Assembly (NCBI RefSeq): GCF_037042905.1
Contig: NC_087251.1
Coordinates: 3,784,001 to 3,848,000, forward strand
DNA: 64,000 bases
Source: Lytechinus pictus
Lineage: Eukaryota
Direction of reading: 5' to 3'
Part shown: one piece after another, positions 1 through 11,614 of the stretch
Layout: each line of letters opens with the position of its first letter
Position numbering within the stretch: the stretch's first letter is position 1
Position numbers and translations under genes: made by a program
Notes under the pieces: generated by a model
Seen by the model: only the letters and a program-made list of their open reading frames with translations
Database searches by the model: none
What the model was told of the DNA's origin: nothing

Positions 1-2950
1 ATATCAGCCCCAAAGAGAGAGGGAGAGAGAAGAAGAAGTTCCACCACCGAGAATGAAATTAGAAAAGGAAAAACGGAAAAGAAAAGGAGTAAATGTTATA
101 TTATTTTCCTAAATATATTGTCACAATCTATCACAAATTTAGCTTTTCTTATAGTAAGAGGGTGAAAATTTTGCTCGCTCGCTTCAATCCCTTTCAACTT
201 TTTTGGCAGAAATTTTGCTTTATATGCCATGTTTGGCCCCTCATCATGACACTGACATAGCCCATTTCGATATGAAAAAATCGAAGATTATGTTCAAGTT
301 TACCAAATCTTTCAAAACATTCTTGTTGCTAAAGAAAATAATACAAGGAAAATTCTGGCTAATGGAATAGAAATCAACCTTTCTTTAGAGTTAGCTATTT
401 CTTAAGTATGAAAATTGTTGTCAAAATTGCAGTCAGATCTGTCAGAATTATTCCTGTCATCAAATCATTATTATAAATATTGTCATTATCATCATCAGTC
501 ATGATTACAACACATTACCAAATAATGCTATTTTCATTACTGTTTTCTTTGTTACATACACAGGGGCGGATCCAGCTTCCGCCAATAGGGAGGGGGGGGG
601 GGGCCGAATTTTTTTTTCACCCATATTTTCCCCGATCGGCTCAAAGTTGATTTTTGTTTTTTTCTTTGAAGGGGCTGTCCCAGTGGCGTAATGATCCACA
701 AATTTTGAGGGGGCTCGATACGGGGTATTGCGCAAAATTAATAAATTGCGAGTGAGCAAGCAAAAATGTTAATATTTTTATTACAAAAATAAAAGTTTGT
801 GAGAAAAAAATAGGCCTATATTTCTTTCTTATCCTTTTCCTTTCTCTTTTTTTCTTGGTCGTGAAATATTGGGGGGGGGGGGGGGCGAAACACCCATGTC
901 CTAACAGTAATTTCTTAGCTTTATTCTTATTAAACAACATAAGAGTGTAATAATCTCTATAAGCCCTATTTTAGACATTTTTGGAGTTTCATGTATTTTG
1001 TCCTGAAAATTGAACATTCTGGGCAATGTTTGTAAACCTGAACAAGATGCGTTTGTTACTAGATAATTACTGCGAGCGCGAAGCGCGAGCCGAAATTTTT
1101 AATATAGGTTCTGGCTTGATCGAAAAGGGACCTGTTAAGGACGTTTTGTAGTTGGCCATTAAGACGATGCATATTTTAACTATTAAATAATGCGAGCGCG
1201 AAGCTCGAGCTGAAAAATTTTGACATTCCGACCTAAAAATTTGACATTCTAAATTTTGTAATCATTCCCGGTTTAGGTAAATAAAATACCAAACAATTGA
1301 TGCGAGCGCGGAGCGTGAGCGGAAAAAAAAGAGATTTCAGAACTAAAAATGGGACACCTTATTCATGTTTTATTAATCATGAAAAAGAATGGGTAATTTG
1401 GTATATTGCTACATTAATAATGCGAGCGCAAAGTGCGAGCAAAAAAAATTTATGTTCTGATCTGAAACTGGACAATTTAAGCACGTTTTGAATAAAGATC
1501 AAGCTGCGTATTTCAATAAACAGGTGTGCGCGTGTTTTAGAGTTAGACAGAATCTTGGCATCCTGAATACATTTCATTTTTTTATCATGAAAATCAATAA
1601 TGCGAGCGCGAAGCGCGAGCGGAAAATATTTGATCCGGTATGAAAAGGGTGAATTTAAGCACTATCTTACGCACTGTGTAGGGGAATTGTAAAGTGGATG
1701 TGGATAGCACTTAATAACTGATGCGAGTACGAAGCGTGAGCTGATATTATTATTATTATTCTTTTGACCTAGGACCTGGACATTCTAGGCATAAGGACAT
1801 TTTTTAATCACATGAAAATGATGACTGTCTTCCTATTCCTCTTCCTAAGCGCGATATGAAACTTGTCGATATTCCTTTCTGAAAAAGGGGCAATTATAGG
1901 AATTCATGAAAATTTCATTACCATATTTATCAATGTGATGAGAGAGTGAAATTTGTTGACATTGAGGCCTGAAAACTAGATACATTAGTTTAAGCACTTT
2001 TGTAATTATGAATAGGATTCATGAGTTGATATATTTGTAAAAATTATTGCGAGCGCAAATCGCGAGACGAAATTTTTGATTAAATGTCATAAAAGGGGGA
2101 TTTTAACTAGTTTGTTATATTAGTTATAAAGAATCTTATGGAATAAACAAAGACAATATGTAGGCCTACTTGGCAAATCAAATAATGCGAGCGAACAGCG
2201 CAAAAAGCTGCAAATGATATTCACAACATAAAACGGACATTTTACAGAGCACTAAAAAAAAAATATTTGTAAATCAAACAAAATAATGAAAGCTCGATGT
2301 CCGAGCTGAAATATGCTTTGTATATTGACCTCAAAAGTTGATATTTTAAGCCACATATCAGCCTATTGAGCAAGGTGTGTATCTCATCGAACAGGCAATG
2401 CGAACGCGAAGCGCGAGCGAAAATTTAATATAGTGACATGAAATATTTTTAAAAATCATTTCCCAAGACTTTCCCTGACCTTATTTTATTCACTCGTCTC
2501 CTCTTATTTTTTTCCTCTTCTTTTTTCCTCCTTTCTTTCCCCTTCTTTTCCTTTTTTTTCTTTCTTTCCCCTTTTTTCATTTTTTTTCTCCGCCAATAGG
2601 GGGTCCCGGGCCCCTCGGCCCCCCCTGGATCCGCCTATGCATACATGTATGTGATGATAATTCTTAATGATGGTGATAATTTCAATTGATGGCACTGCTA
2701 GTACATTTACTACTGCGGCTGCTACTGCTGACTGGTAGTATTGACCATTAGTGCCATTATATATACAGAACAATTGAAACATTTATAATTACTTATATAA
2801 CAAACAAATGAGAGTACAAAATACAAAATGCCTTGAAATTTCAAAGCTCAAAATCCTCAAGGCCAAGGCTTCAATGTTCAAGACAAAGGCTTTGAAAAAG
2901 TAGGCGCCTTAATTAAGGCTAAGGCCGAGCATCAAGGCACTACAACACTG
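1..2950. mobile_element. Right part of a CAGTGTT-ended, AAGGCC-rich non-autonomous DNA transposon, interrupted by 561-2639
   Basis: 1-560 and 2646-2950 align with 52770-53528 and 54120-54293. Ends in CAAGGCACTACAACACTG, like the copy ending at 54293. Confidence 0.75.
561..2639. mobile_element. Non-autonomous TIR element with 6-bp TSD and an internal ~120-bp array of GCGAGCGCGAAGCGCGAGC motifs
   Basis: Ends CAGGGGCGGATCCAG / CTGGATCCGCCTATG. CATACA at 555-560 and 2640-2645. Absent from the paralogous site near 53380. Confidence 0.85.
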
Positions 2951-3376
2951 GTCACATCCACACTTTCCCTTTTCTTATGTCATTTCATGAAATCATAATT
3001 ATTTTATAGTTCAATACTTGTCTGTATAATGTCTCCCTTATGATAAAATACGTTACAGCAATGAATATTTAATACATTAAATCTGTTGTCAATCCACTTC
3101 CTTAGTTCTTAAGAGGATAAAATAAATGAATAAATATGATGTCATAAAATAAAATACAATTACAAAAGAGCAAGTGGGGATATGACATGATCAGTTTCTC
3201 ACTGAATATTCATGAAGACATGCATAGAACTGTTAAACCGAAATGATGCATATCTTTAAAATGCCATAACTTCATTATTCCTTGTCAGATTTTGTTGAAA
3301 CTTTCAGAATTTTGTTTATCTGATTTATCTGTCTCTGTCCAAATCATATTATGTTAAACATGGAATACCCCTTTAA
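2951..3376. mobile_element. Right half of a TTAA-flanked (Kolobok-like) non-autonomous element
   Basis: Aligns with 24625-25041; ends CCCCT-TTAA. Confidence 0.6.
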
Positions 3377-3696
3377 GAAATAACATACATGTATGTCATG
3401 AATAGTATTAATTTTGTCACTATATTCATAAATATCATATTCTTATTGTTCATAAAATATGAATTATTCCTATTCTTATCACATAAAGATTTTTCCTTTA
3501 TTCATATAGTACAATGAGAGTCCGTTTCTTTTCTGTTTGTTATTTCAACATAATCAAAGTTAAAGACGATATTCCTGTTATGTGATTCTTTATTTAGTAA
3601 GTTGGGTATAACTTCATAAGCTGGATACATATTTTCATAACAATGTCGTATTGTACATCACTGGCTTTATAATAAAAAAAATGAAGCAAAAACAAT

Positions 3697-4666
3697 AACA
3701 AGTGGAATGCCTCTGGCCGTCTCACCTGCATCACGCGATTCAATATAGCAGCAGTGCTGATTTTGAAAACTACTATAACTCGCACAAGATGTTCAGTGAT
3801 ACTTGGTTACTCTTATTTCCATGTTTTATGAACTAGACCAATACACTTATAGAGATATGATGGCAATTCAACAAATACCCCCAACGTGGCCAAAGTTCTT
3901 TGACCTTACATGACCTTTGACCTTGATCATGTGACCTGAAACTCGCACAGGATGTTCAGTGATACTTGATTACTATTATGTCCAAGTTTTATGAACTAGA
4001 CCAACACACTTTCAAATTTATGGCTGTAATTCAACAAATACCCCAATTTGGCCAAAGTTCATTGACCCTAAATGACCTTTGACCTTGATCATGTGACCTG
4101 AAACTTGCACAGGATGTTCAGTAATACTTGATTACTATTATGTCCAAGTTTCATGAATCAGATCCATAAACTTTCAAAGTTATGATGGTAATTCAACAGA
4201 TACCCCCAATTCGGCCAAAGTTCATTGCCCCTAAATGACCTTTGACCTTGGTCATGTGATGTGAAACTCATGCAGGATGTTCAGTGATACTTGATTAACC
4301 TTATGTATAAGTTTCATGAACTAGGTCCATATATTTTCTAAGTTATGATGACATTTCAAAAACTTAACCTTAGGTTAAGATTTTGATGTTGATTCCCCCA
4401 ACATGGTCTAAGTTCATTGACCCTAAATGACCTTTGACCTTGGTCATGTGACATGAAACTCAGGCAGGATGTTCAGTAATACTTGATTAACCTTATGGCC
4501 AAGTTTCATGAACTAGGTCCATATACTTTCTAAGTTATGCTGTCATTTCAAAAACTTAACCTCAGGTTAAGATTTGGTGTTGACGCCGCCGTCGCCGCCG
4601 CCGCCGCCGCCGTCGCCGTCGGAAAAGCGGCGCCTATAGTCTCACTCTGCTATGCAGGTGAGACAA
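3697..4666 (-). mobile_element. DINE-1/HINE-like (Helentron-associated) non-autonomous element, copy 1
   Basis: Subterminal inverted repeats GTCTCACCTGCAT / ATGCAGGTGAGAC, a terminal partial inverted repeat, (GCC)n microsatellite, ~162-bp internal tandem repeats, A-run flanks, no TSD. Confidence 0.75.
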
Positions 4667-5461
4667 AAATGATACATACATATATTTTTTTTTCTTGTAT
4701 TGGTATAATGTGAGTGTGTGTGGGTATGTGTGTGTGTACTGAGCATCTGAAAACAGTATCTAAGGCCAAGTTCACCCCCAACGAGTTGGTATGATTTACT
4801 TTGATTGTCTTAATAAATAAGTTACAAATAAAAAAAATCAAGCAAACATAAGACTGAAATTCCATCAAAAATGTATGCAAGATAATTCACTGAACGTTAA
4901 TATGCAAAACACCAGATGTATGCAAATGAGGGAACCAATTATATCAGACATTCATTATTTCTATTCAATCTTATTGCATGAAAAATGAAATTTCATGTCA
5001 TATTTTATGAACTATTTCATTGTTTAAAAACTCTTATTCATATTACAAAGTTTGTCTCCTCCTTATACATGGGCAATGTAATTCATTGTTATTGTAGTAA
5101 CGTAATCACGTTTTAATTATTTTTTTCCGATCTTATTCTACAAAATCTAAATAACCAATAATTCATATTGTAAAATACAAAAGAATTAGGGTATGATATT
5201 GACTCCTCAATGTAAATCACACGTTATGTGCATTAGTGAAATTTAGTGAAACTGTAAATTTCCGAACTTTCTTATTTTCCTTCTGGTTTTGATGAACGTT
5301 TCAGTTAATGTGATTATTTGATATTTCTCACTGTATTCAACTTAATTTTATTGTAATTGTGGACTATTCTTATATGATGAGAGATTTCACTGCCTAAATA
5401 AATAAATAAACCAAAATGAATAAATGAACAGGTTAAAAAAAGAATGGGAGTCCCCCCCCCC

Positions 5462-5492
<31 letters not shown>

Positions 5493-6126
5493 AGATTGCA
5501 GATTTAGAATTTTCAAAAAACAAGTTTTTTTTTAAATTAAACTCTAAAAATCTTTTCTTGGTTCAAATCTATACCTCTTGAGCTCATTCTATCTGGTTAT
5601 CCTGGGGCAAAGGCTGTGGTTTTTAAAAAGGTTTTCTGTGTTTTGGGGATATTATAAAATATAACCCTCCTTGCTTTTTATTTGACATTTAGAAATTTAA
5701 GAGATGGAGGAAATTTTGCATCAAGATTGTTCATTTTAATGTGCAAATTTATCTGCGATAGCTGTGCTTGCTTTTAAAGAATAAGTGAACTCTGATTAAA
5801 TCAAATATCTAAGATTGTAATTGAAGAAGTGAATAATTGGACAGGTATGACCAGTGTAGGTGTATAGATTAACATTCTGCAGAAATTGCCTGCCCCTGCT
5901 CCCAATGTTCACACTCTACTTTTTTTCATTTGTGCATGATCCAAGCCCCTCTCAACATTTTGGTTTACAAATGCGCCTTAATATACTCAGAAACACAATA
6001 CTTCCAATACAAGAGTCACTGTAAATATCAATTCATACTATGAGAATACAAATTTAATATCACAATGCTCGTAACATTTTTAAAACATTGCTCAAATTCC
6101 TTACATAAAAACATACTTGTTGAATG

Positions 6127-6470
6127 GGTTTATTTCCAATTCGTCTACTATCATTTGGTCTACCATCAGTTCGTCCACTCACCACATGGTCTACTTTTAT
6201 TTAGTCTAATGCCATTCCGTCTAACAACCTGTCGGTCCAATAGCCATAAGATCCATATACTATTTGGTCTTATTGGACTAAGTGTTAAATTGTGCAAAAT
6301 GAATGAAAATGAAATGGATATTAGACCAACTGGTTATGAGATGAAGTGATGATTGGACCAAATGGTTGTTAGACAAAATGTTGATGGACGGAATGGCATA
6401 CATTAGACTACATGAAAGTAGACCATGTGGTGAGTGGACGAGTTGGCAGTAGACAAATTGGCAATTTACA
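6127..6470. mobile_element. Small foldback (TU-like) element built from 15-16-bp subrepeats
   Basis: Inverted arrays of CCAATTCGTCTACTA-like units; 8-bp TSD GTTGAATG at 6119-6126 and 6471-6478. Confidence 0.75.
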
Positions 6471-7556
6471 GTTGAATGAACATAATTAAAACAAATTTCA
6501 GAAATATAATAAGGTTTAGTGATATGGAACAGCCCTATCCTTGTTTAAACAGTACTATGAGAGTCAAAGGGTAAAGAAAACCATTGAGAATATTGATAAA
6601 CTGGAAGAAATGGATAATACAAACAAATTATAAAAATAGTTATCTATTCAAAATCCTGAAACCAACAAAGTTTTGAATGGAACACATCAGACGTGTTACT
6701 TTAATACAAACAGTTTCAGCATAAATCTTGTTATCAGGGAAAAATTTGATAACAGTTGTCAGATATAATCCTCAAAAATTGGCACAGATATTAAATTTTG
6801 AGAACTGAGATTATCTAATTGGTCTTTTCAAGCTATAACTCATTCATTATGTTCATATCACTTAACTAAACAAAAATATTTTTGTAATTGTAATGGACAT
6901 TAACAATGTGAGAATTTTAGTTTGGTATTATTGAACTATGACTCATATTTTATTTTAAAGTACCAAAATAAGTTTTGATTTTTAACAAAGATGTTAATCA
7001 ATAATTTAATAAACTTTAAGGTTTTTACAAACATTTAGTATCTTCTTCATGCCATCATTCCTTAAAACAGGATAAATTTCTTTTAATTGCATATTTATAA
7101 TTCCTACACACTCTGTACAAAGATGATTGAAAGATCAAGCAAAGTTCTAAACTCTGCATGGTACAAATTCTATTCTAGTTTTGGTTTCCAAAGTACTTTA
7201 ATATACCTTGATGCATAAGGTTCTTGTATTCAAAGACAAATCAAAATCAGAAAACCATTGTATATAAAACCTGCACAGATACTCAAATGATCAAGTCAAA
7301 CTCATTTAAATTTCTTAACAAAGTGAAGTTCAACAAATCATCGATAAGATTTTTTAAATATAATATGACTATCTAAATATTACACAATTATTTTTATATA
7401 ATTCACAAATGCCCTGTGTGCAATCTGTAAAATATCTATTGATGTTTCATTAAAAAAAAAAGAAAACAGTGAAACAATGACAGATGATAACACATTGTTG
7501 AATAGTCTTTCTTTCAATGAGATATGCATAAAACCTGATGTATAGATAGATTACTG

Positions 7557-7688
7557 TTATCTCTTTGTTGATATATGTTTGCTTTTCTCATTATTTTCTC
7601 TTTGCATCATCTGAAACTCTTTAGAATCCTCCCATGGTCTGGGTCCTCGGATATTGTGCCAGTTGTCCAGATCAGACTGTTGCATTTT
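7557..7688 (-). CDS. COX16: Cytochrome c oxidase assembly protein COX16, exon 4 (last)
   Basis: TTTGCAG acceptor, then KMQQSDLDNWHNIRGPRPWEDSKEF...TKR*. W.NIRGPRPWED is the COX16 signature. Confidence 0.95.
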   Translation of the reverse strand, partial: KMQQSDLDNWHNIRGPRPWEDSKEFQMMQRENNEKSKHISTKR

Positions 7689-8042
7689 CTGCAAAGATGA
7701 GAGAAGAAAATCATGATTATAAAACTTTAAGTTGTTGTCTTATTACTTGAATTTATACAGGTAATCTACCCCCCACACAGTATTTGAGGAATTATCTGTT
7801 TTGATTTAATCACTGCAAAACACAATAGAGTATTCTCATGGACAAAAATAATAAACAGAAGCCCAAAATGAAATAGAAACAATCAACCAACAATAAAATA
7901 ATTAACAGGTACAGAATGACATAACTATTTCACTTATATTATCACATTACTTTTTTTTTCAACACAAAATATTACATTAAAGTACCTGCAAATAAATTGC
8001 ATTGTGGAAACAATACATGATAGTGTAGTAATAACAGGGTAC

Positions 8043-8117
8043 CTCATATTCTTCAGCAACAGAAGCCTTTTTCTCTTTCTGAAGTTGTTTCATTCTTGCC
8101 TCAGTTTCTGGATCAAC
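8043..8117 (-). CDS. COX16: COX16 exon 3
   Basis: VDPETEARMKQLQKEKKASVAEEYE; AG/GT boundaries; phase 0-0. Confidence 0.9.
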
Positions 8118-8175
8118 CTTAACATAATATGAGATGGTCAAATTCAAGTTTAATCACATTTATTTTCTTCCCTTT

Positions 8176-8345
8176 AAGAGGAGGCACAATATCTCAGTCG
8201 GTAGAGCAGGGGTTTCAGATTCCGGTGACCAGGGTTTAATCCTTATTACCAGGTCCCTCGGAGAGAACCTTAAGCCGTCAGACCTCTGGTTGCTTGCTTA
8301 CAAGCAATTATGCTTTCTAAGCAATGAGGTAAAACAAAACAAAAC
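8176..8345 (+). mobile_element. Degenerate tRNA-derived SINE in a COX16 intron
   Basis: A-box-like TCTCAGTCGGTAGAGC, decayed B box, SINE-core-like CCTTAAGCCGTC, A-rich tail. Confidence 0.55.
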
Positions 8346-8981
8346 AAAAAAACACCATTTACCATTTAAACATACTGTTAAGCCGTTATATTGACAATTG
8401 TATCCTTTTGTTTGACTTCTTTGCAGTTCAGTTCGGTATTCAGCTCAGCTCAGTTTTGCACAAAGTTGGGTTGGAATGCTTGTGTATAAGTGTTATCCAC
8501 TTTTACATTGCGCTTAATACATTGCAAAAACATCTTTAACCGCTTCACAGATATATATATTACCCCAATTATCAGATCCTGGTTTGCCAAAATATAATTC
8601 CTACAACTGTTTAATTTTACACCCCACAATGAGAACCAGATTCTACTTGCATAAAGAAAATTAGTAATTGATGGGTTGAAATTGAATAAACCAAATGGAT
8701 ATAAGTTTTTCTATCCATATATATTCAGCAATGATTCTGGCACATGATGCAATGTCATTATAAATGACACAGGTGATACCAATTTAACTTTACATCAGTT
8801 TCATGGAATATTTGCTAATTCTCTGGATGCTAAAGAAAATGACCAGTGTCTTTGTGACTTTTTTATTTTACTTTTATCAAAATACCAAACCGATCCTCAC
8901 TCATTTCACATCTTACAATTTTTTCTTGTCAATGATTTCATACACTGGCGTAAATCCGTGTTGATGGGTGGGGGGGATGAC

Positions 8982-10066
8982 TGAAATATTTTGGCATTTT
9001 TTTGCAATCATGTTTTTAGATATGCAAGGAATTGACATTGATATGTCCACAGTGGCGTATCGTGGGCCACGGCATTGGGGGGGAGGGGCACCAGCAAAAT
9101 TTTTGAATCACCGAGTGAGTGCGCTAATGAGCGCGCGAAGCGCGCTCAGTTGCCAGTTATACTGACCTAATAGAGACATTTTAAGGACAATGTCATTAAA
9201 CGGGTATGTATCTCAAAGATCAAATAATGCGAGCGCGAAGCGCGAGCTGAATTTTCTTATATTCACACCTAAACAGGAACATTATAATCAAATTTGTGTA
9301 ATCATGATATGTACCTGTCTCGCTAAACAATGCGAGCGCGAAGCGCGAGCTGAAAATTTAGATAATTCAGACCTGAAGTGGGGCATTCTAAGGTTTCTTT
9401 GTAGGAATTAACTAGGACCATACGTATTTCATTAACCAAATGATGCGAGCGCGAAGCGCGAGCTGAAAATTTTTGATATTCAGTTCAGAAGAAGGGACAT
9501 TTTAAGGACTGATTATAGGAATTATGAAATATTTGGCATTTTTTTGCAATCATGTTTTTAGATATGCAAGGAATTGACATTGATATGTCCACAGTGGCGT
9601 ATCGTGGGCCACGGCATTGGGGGGGAGGGGCACCAGCAAAATTTTTGAATCACCGAGTGAGTGCGCTAATGAGCGCGCGAAGCGCGCTCAGTTGCCAGTT
9701 ATACTGACCTAATAGAGACATTTTAAGGACAATGTCATTAAACGGGTATGTATCTCAAAGATCAAATAATGCGAGCGCGAAGCGCGAGCTGAATTTTTTT
9801 ATATTCACACCTAAACAGGAACATTATAATCAAATTTGTGTAATCATGATATGTACCTGTCTCGCTAAACAATGCGAGCGCGAAGCGCGAGCTGAAAATT
9901 TAGATAATTCAGACCTGAAGTGGGGCATTCTAAGGTTTCTTTGTAGGAATTAACTAGGACCATACGTATTTCATTAACCAAATGATGCGAGCGCGAAGCG
10001 CGAGCTGAAAATATTTGATATTCAGTTCAGAAGAAGGGACATTTTAAGGACTGATTATAGGAATTC
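8982..10066. repeat. Near-perfect 542-bp tandem duplication
   Basis: 8982-9524 is repeated at 9525-10066; the ORF track shows twin ORFs at 9190 and 9732. Confidence 0.9.
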
Positions 10067-10701
10067 ATGAAGAGCAGACATATCTCACCAATCCACTAAT
10101 GCGAACGTAATCACGGACAGGAAATGTTTCATATATATACGAAGACCTTAACATGGAGCAATCACTTTTTTGAGTCATGAAAAAGAAGCATATGTCACTA
10201 CATAAACAATGATAACTTAAGTGCTAGGAAATATATTTGGTTTATATTAACTTGAAAACGGGATGTTTTAGTACAACAGGATTATATATCTCGTTAAACA
10301 GACAGTGCGAGCACCAGGAACAATGAAGACGTAGGCCCTGGGCAAATTATGTTTCATAAAGTTATGATTTATATATAACAAACACAAGTATAGAATGAGG
10401 TATCAGAAAGAGCCCAAAAGTATTTTTGATTTCATTCTTCTGTTTTTGATCTCCAAAAACGAAATCACAACAGGTTTTTCTCGTTGTGATTTCGTTTTTG
10501 TGTTTTCAGAGACCAAACCATGAGGTTGATTTCCGTTTTTGCTCTGCGATGATCGGGAATGAAAAACGAATTATCCATTAGTACCCTGATTGTTTCTCTT
10601 CCTTTCTCCCTCTTTTCTCCTTTTCCTCGTTTTTTTTTTTTTTGGTCAGCCGATGGGGGGGGGGGGATGTGCCCCCCATGCCCCCCGTAGTTACGCCACT
10701 G
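9050..10701. mobile_element. Nested hAT-like non-autonomous element with GCGCGAAGCGC array
   Basis: TIRs CAGTGGCGTA / TACGCCACTG; 8-bp TSD TATGTCCA at 9042-9049 and 10702-10709. Confidence 0.85.
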
Positions 10702-11173
10702 TATGTCCATATGACAAATACCCCTCCAATATTATTATCTGTTTTACCCCACTGATGGTTTAATGGTTTTATTAGAGATTACATTCAAAAAATTTTGACA
10801 TTCCATCTTATTCCCTTCCCAAAGACCCCAACATTGATGAATTGGAAGAAACGGGGGTTTCTCTTCAATGTTATAATAAGGACATACGTATTTCGTTTGG
10901 AAATGGTGAACTGGCTCTTTATTTGCATTTTATGATTCAATAATATTGTTTTATTTGTTAAGCGGTATTTTAGGAAGAATTTTCACCAATAAAACAATTA
11001 TCTCTTGTGATTTTTTTTTCATTTCTTTCGTAAAAAGTGGGGGGGATGTTTGTACAGGCCATCCCCCCTCCTCGAAAAGTGGGGGGGATATATCCCCTAT
11101 ATCCCCCCCATCCCCCCCCCCGCGATTTACGCCAGTGATTTCATATCTGATCTTCACTCATTTCTCATCTTAC

Positions 11174-11251
11174 CGTTTTTCTCTTATCAATGATTTCATA
11201 TCTGAGAGATCGAAACTCTTTCAGTCCATAGGCACCACCAATAACCAATAC
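11174..11251 (-). CDS. COX16: COX16 exon 2
   Basis: VLVIGGAYGLKEFRSLRYEIIDKRKT (compare COX16 GGSFGLREF..IRYD); TTCTAG acceptor, GTAAGA donor. Confidence 0.95.
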
Positions 11252-11614
11252 CTAGAATAAAAACAAAAATCAAATCAAAGTAAAATTTATACCTTGGATG
11301 TAGGCATTTAAAGTTAATAACTTATTTGCATCTCAATGGCTTCTCGTGAAGAATTCTAGACACATTTAACGGCGCAGTACAGCATTTGAACATGGACAGG
11401 CAAAACTTCATTAGGGTCAAATTTCTCTTCTCTGGAGTTCCAATATTTCAACAAATTGGATTTGAAGCTGTTTACAGATGGGCTTTCGACTACACTTGAT
11501 CTGACTCAGTCTTAGATTGACTTACAATTTCCTTATTTATAAATAGAATTTAACTATAAAGTAATATTGGTATTAGGTGATATATAAGCAAGTACGACAA
11601 GCATAATTTATATT

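Larger units (their letters stand above)
8943..11137. mobile_element. hAT-like non-autonomous element carrying a nested element
   Basis: TIRs CACTGGCGTAAATC / GATTTACGCCAGTG; 8-bp TSD ATTTCATA at 8935-8942 and 11138-11145. Confidence 0.85.
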
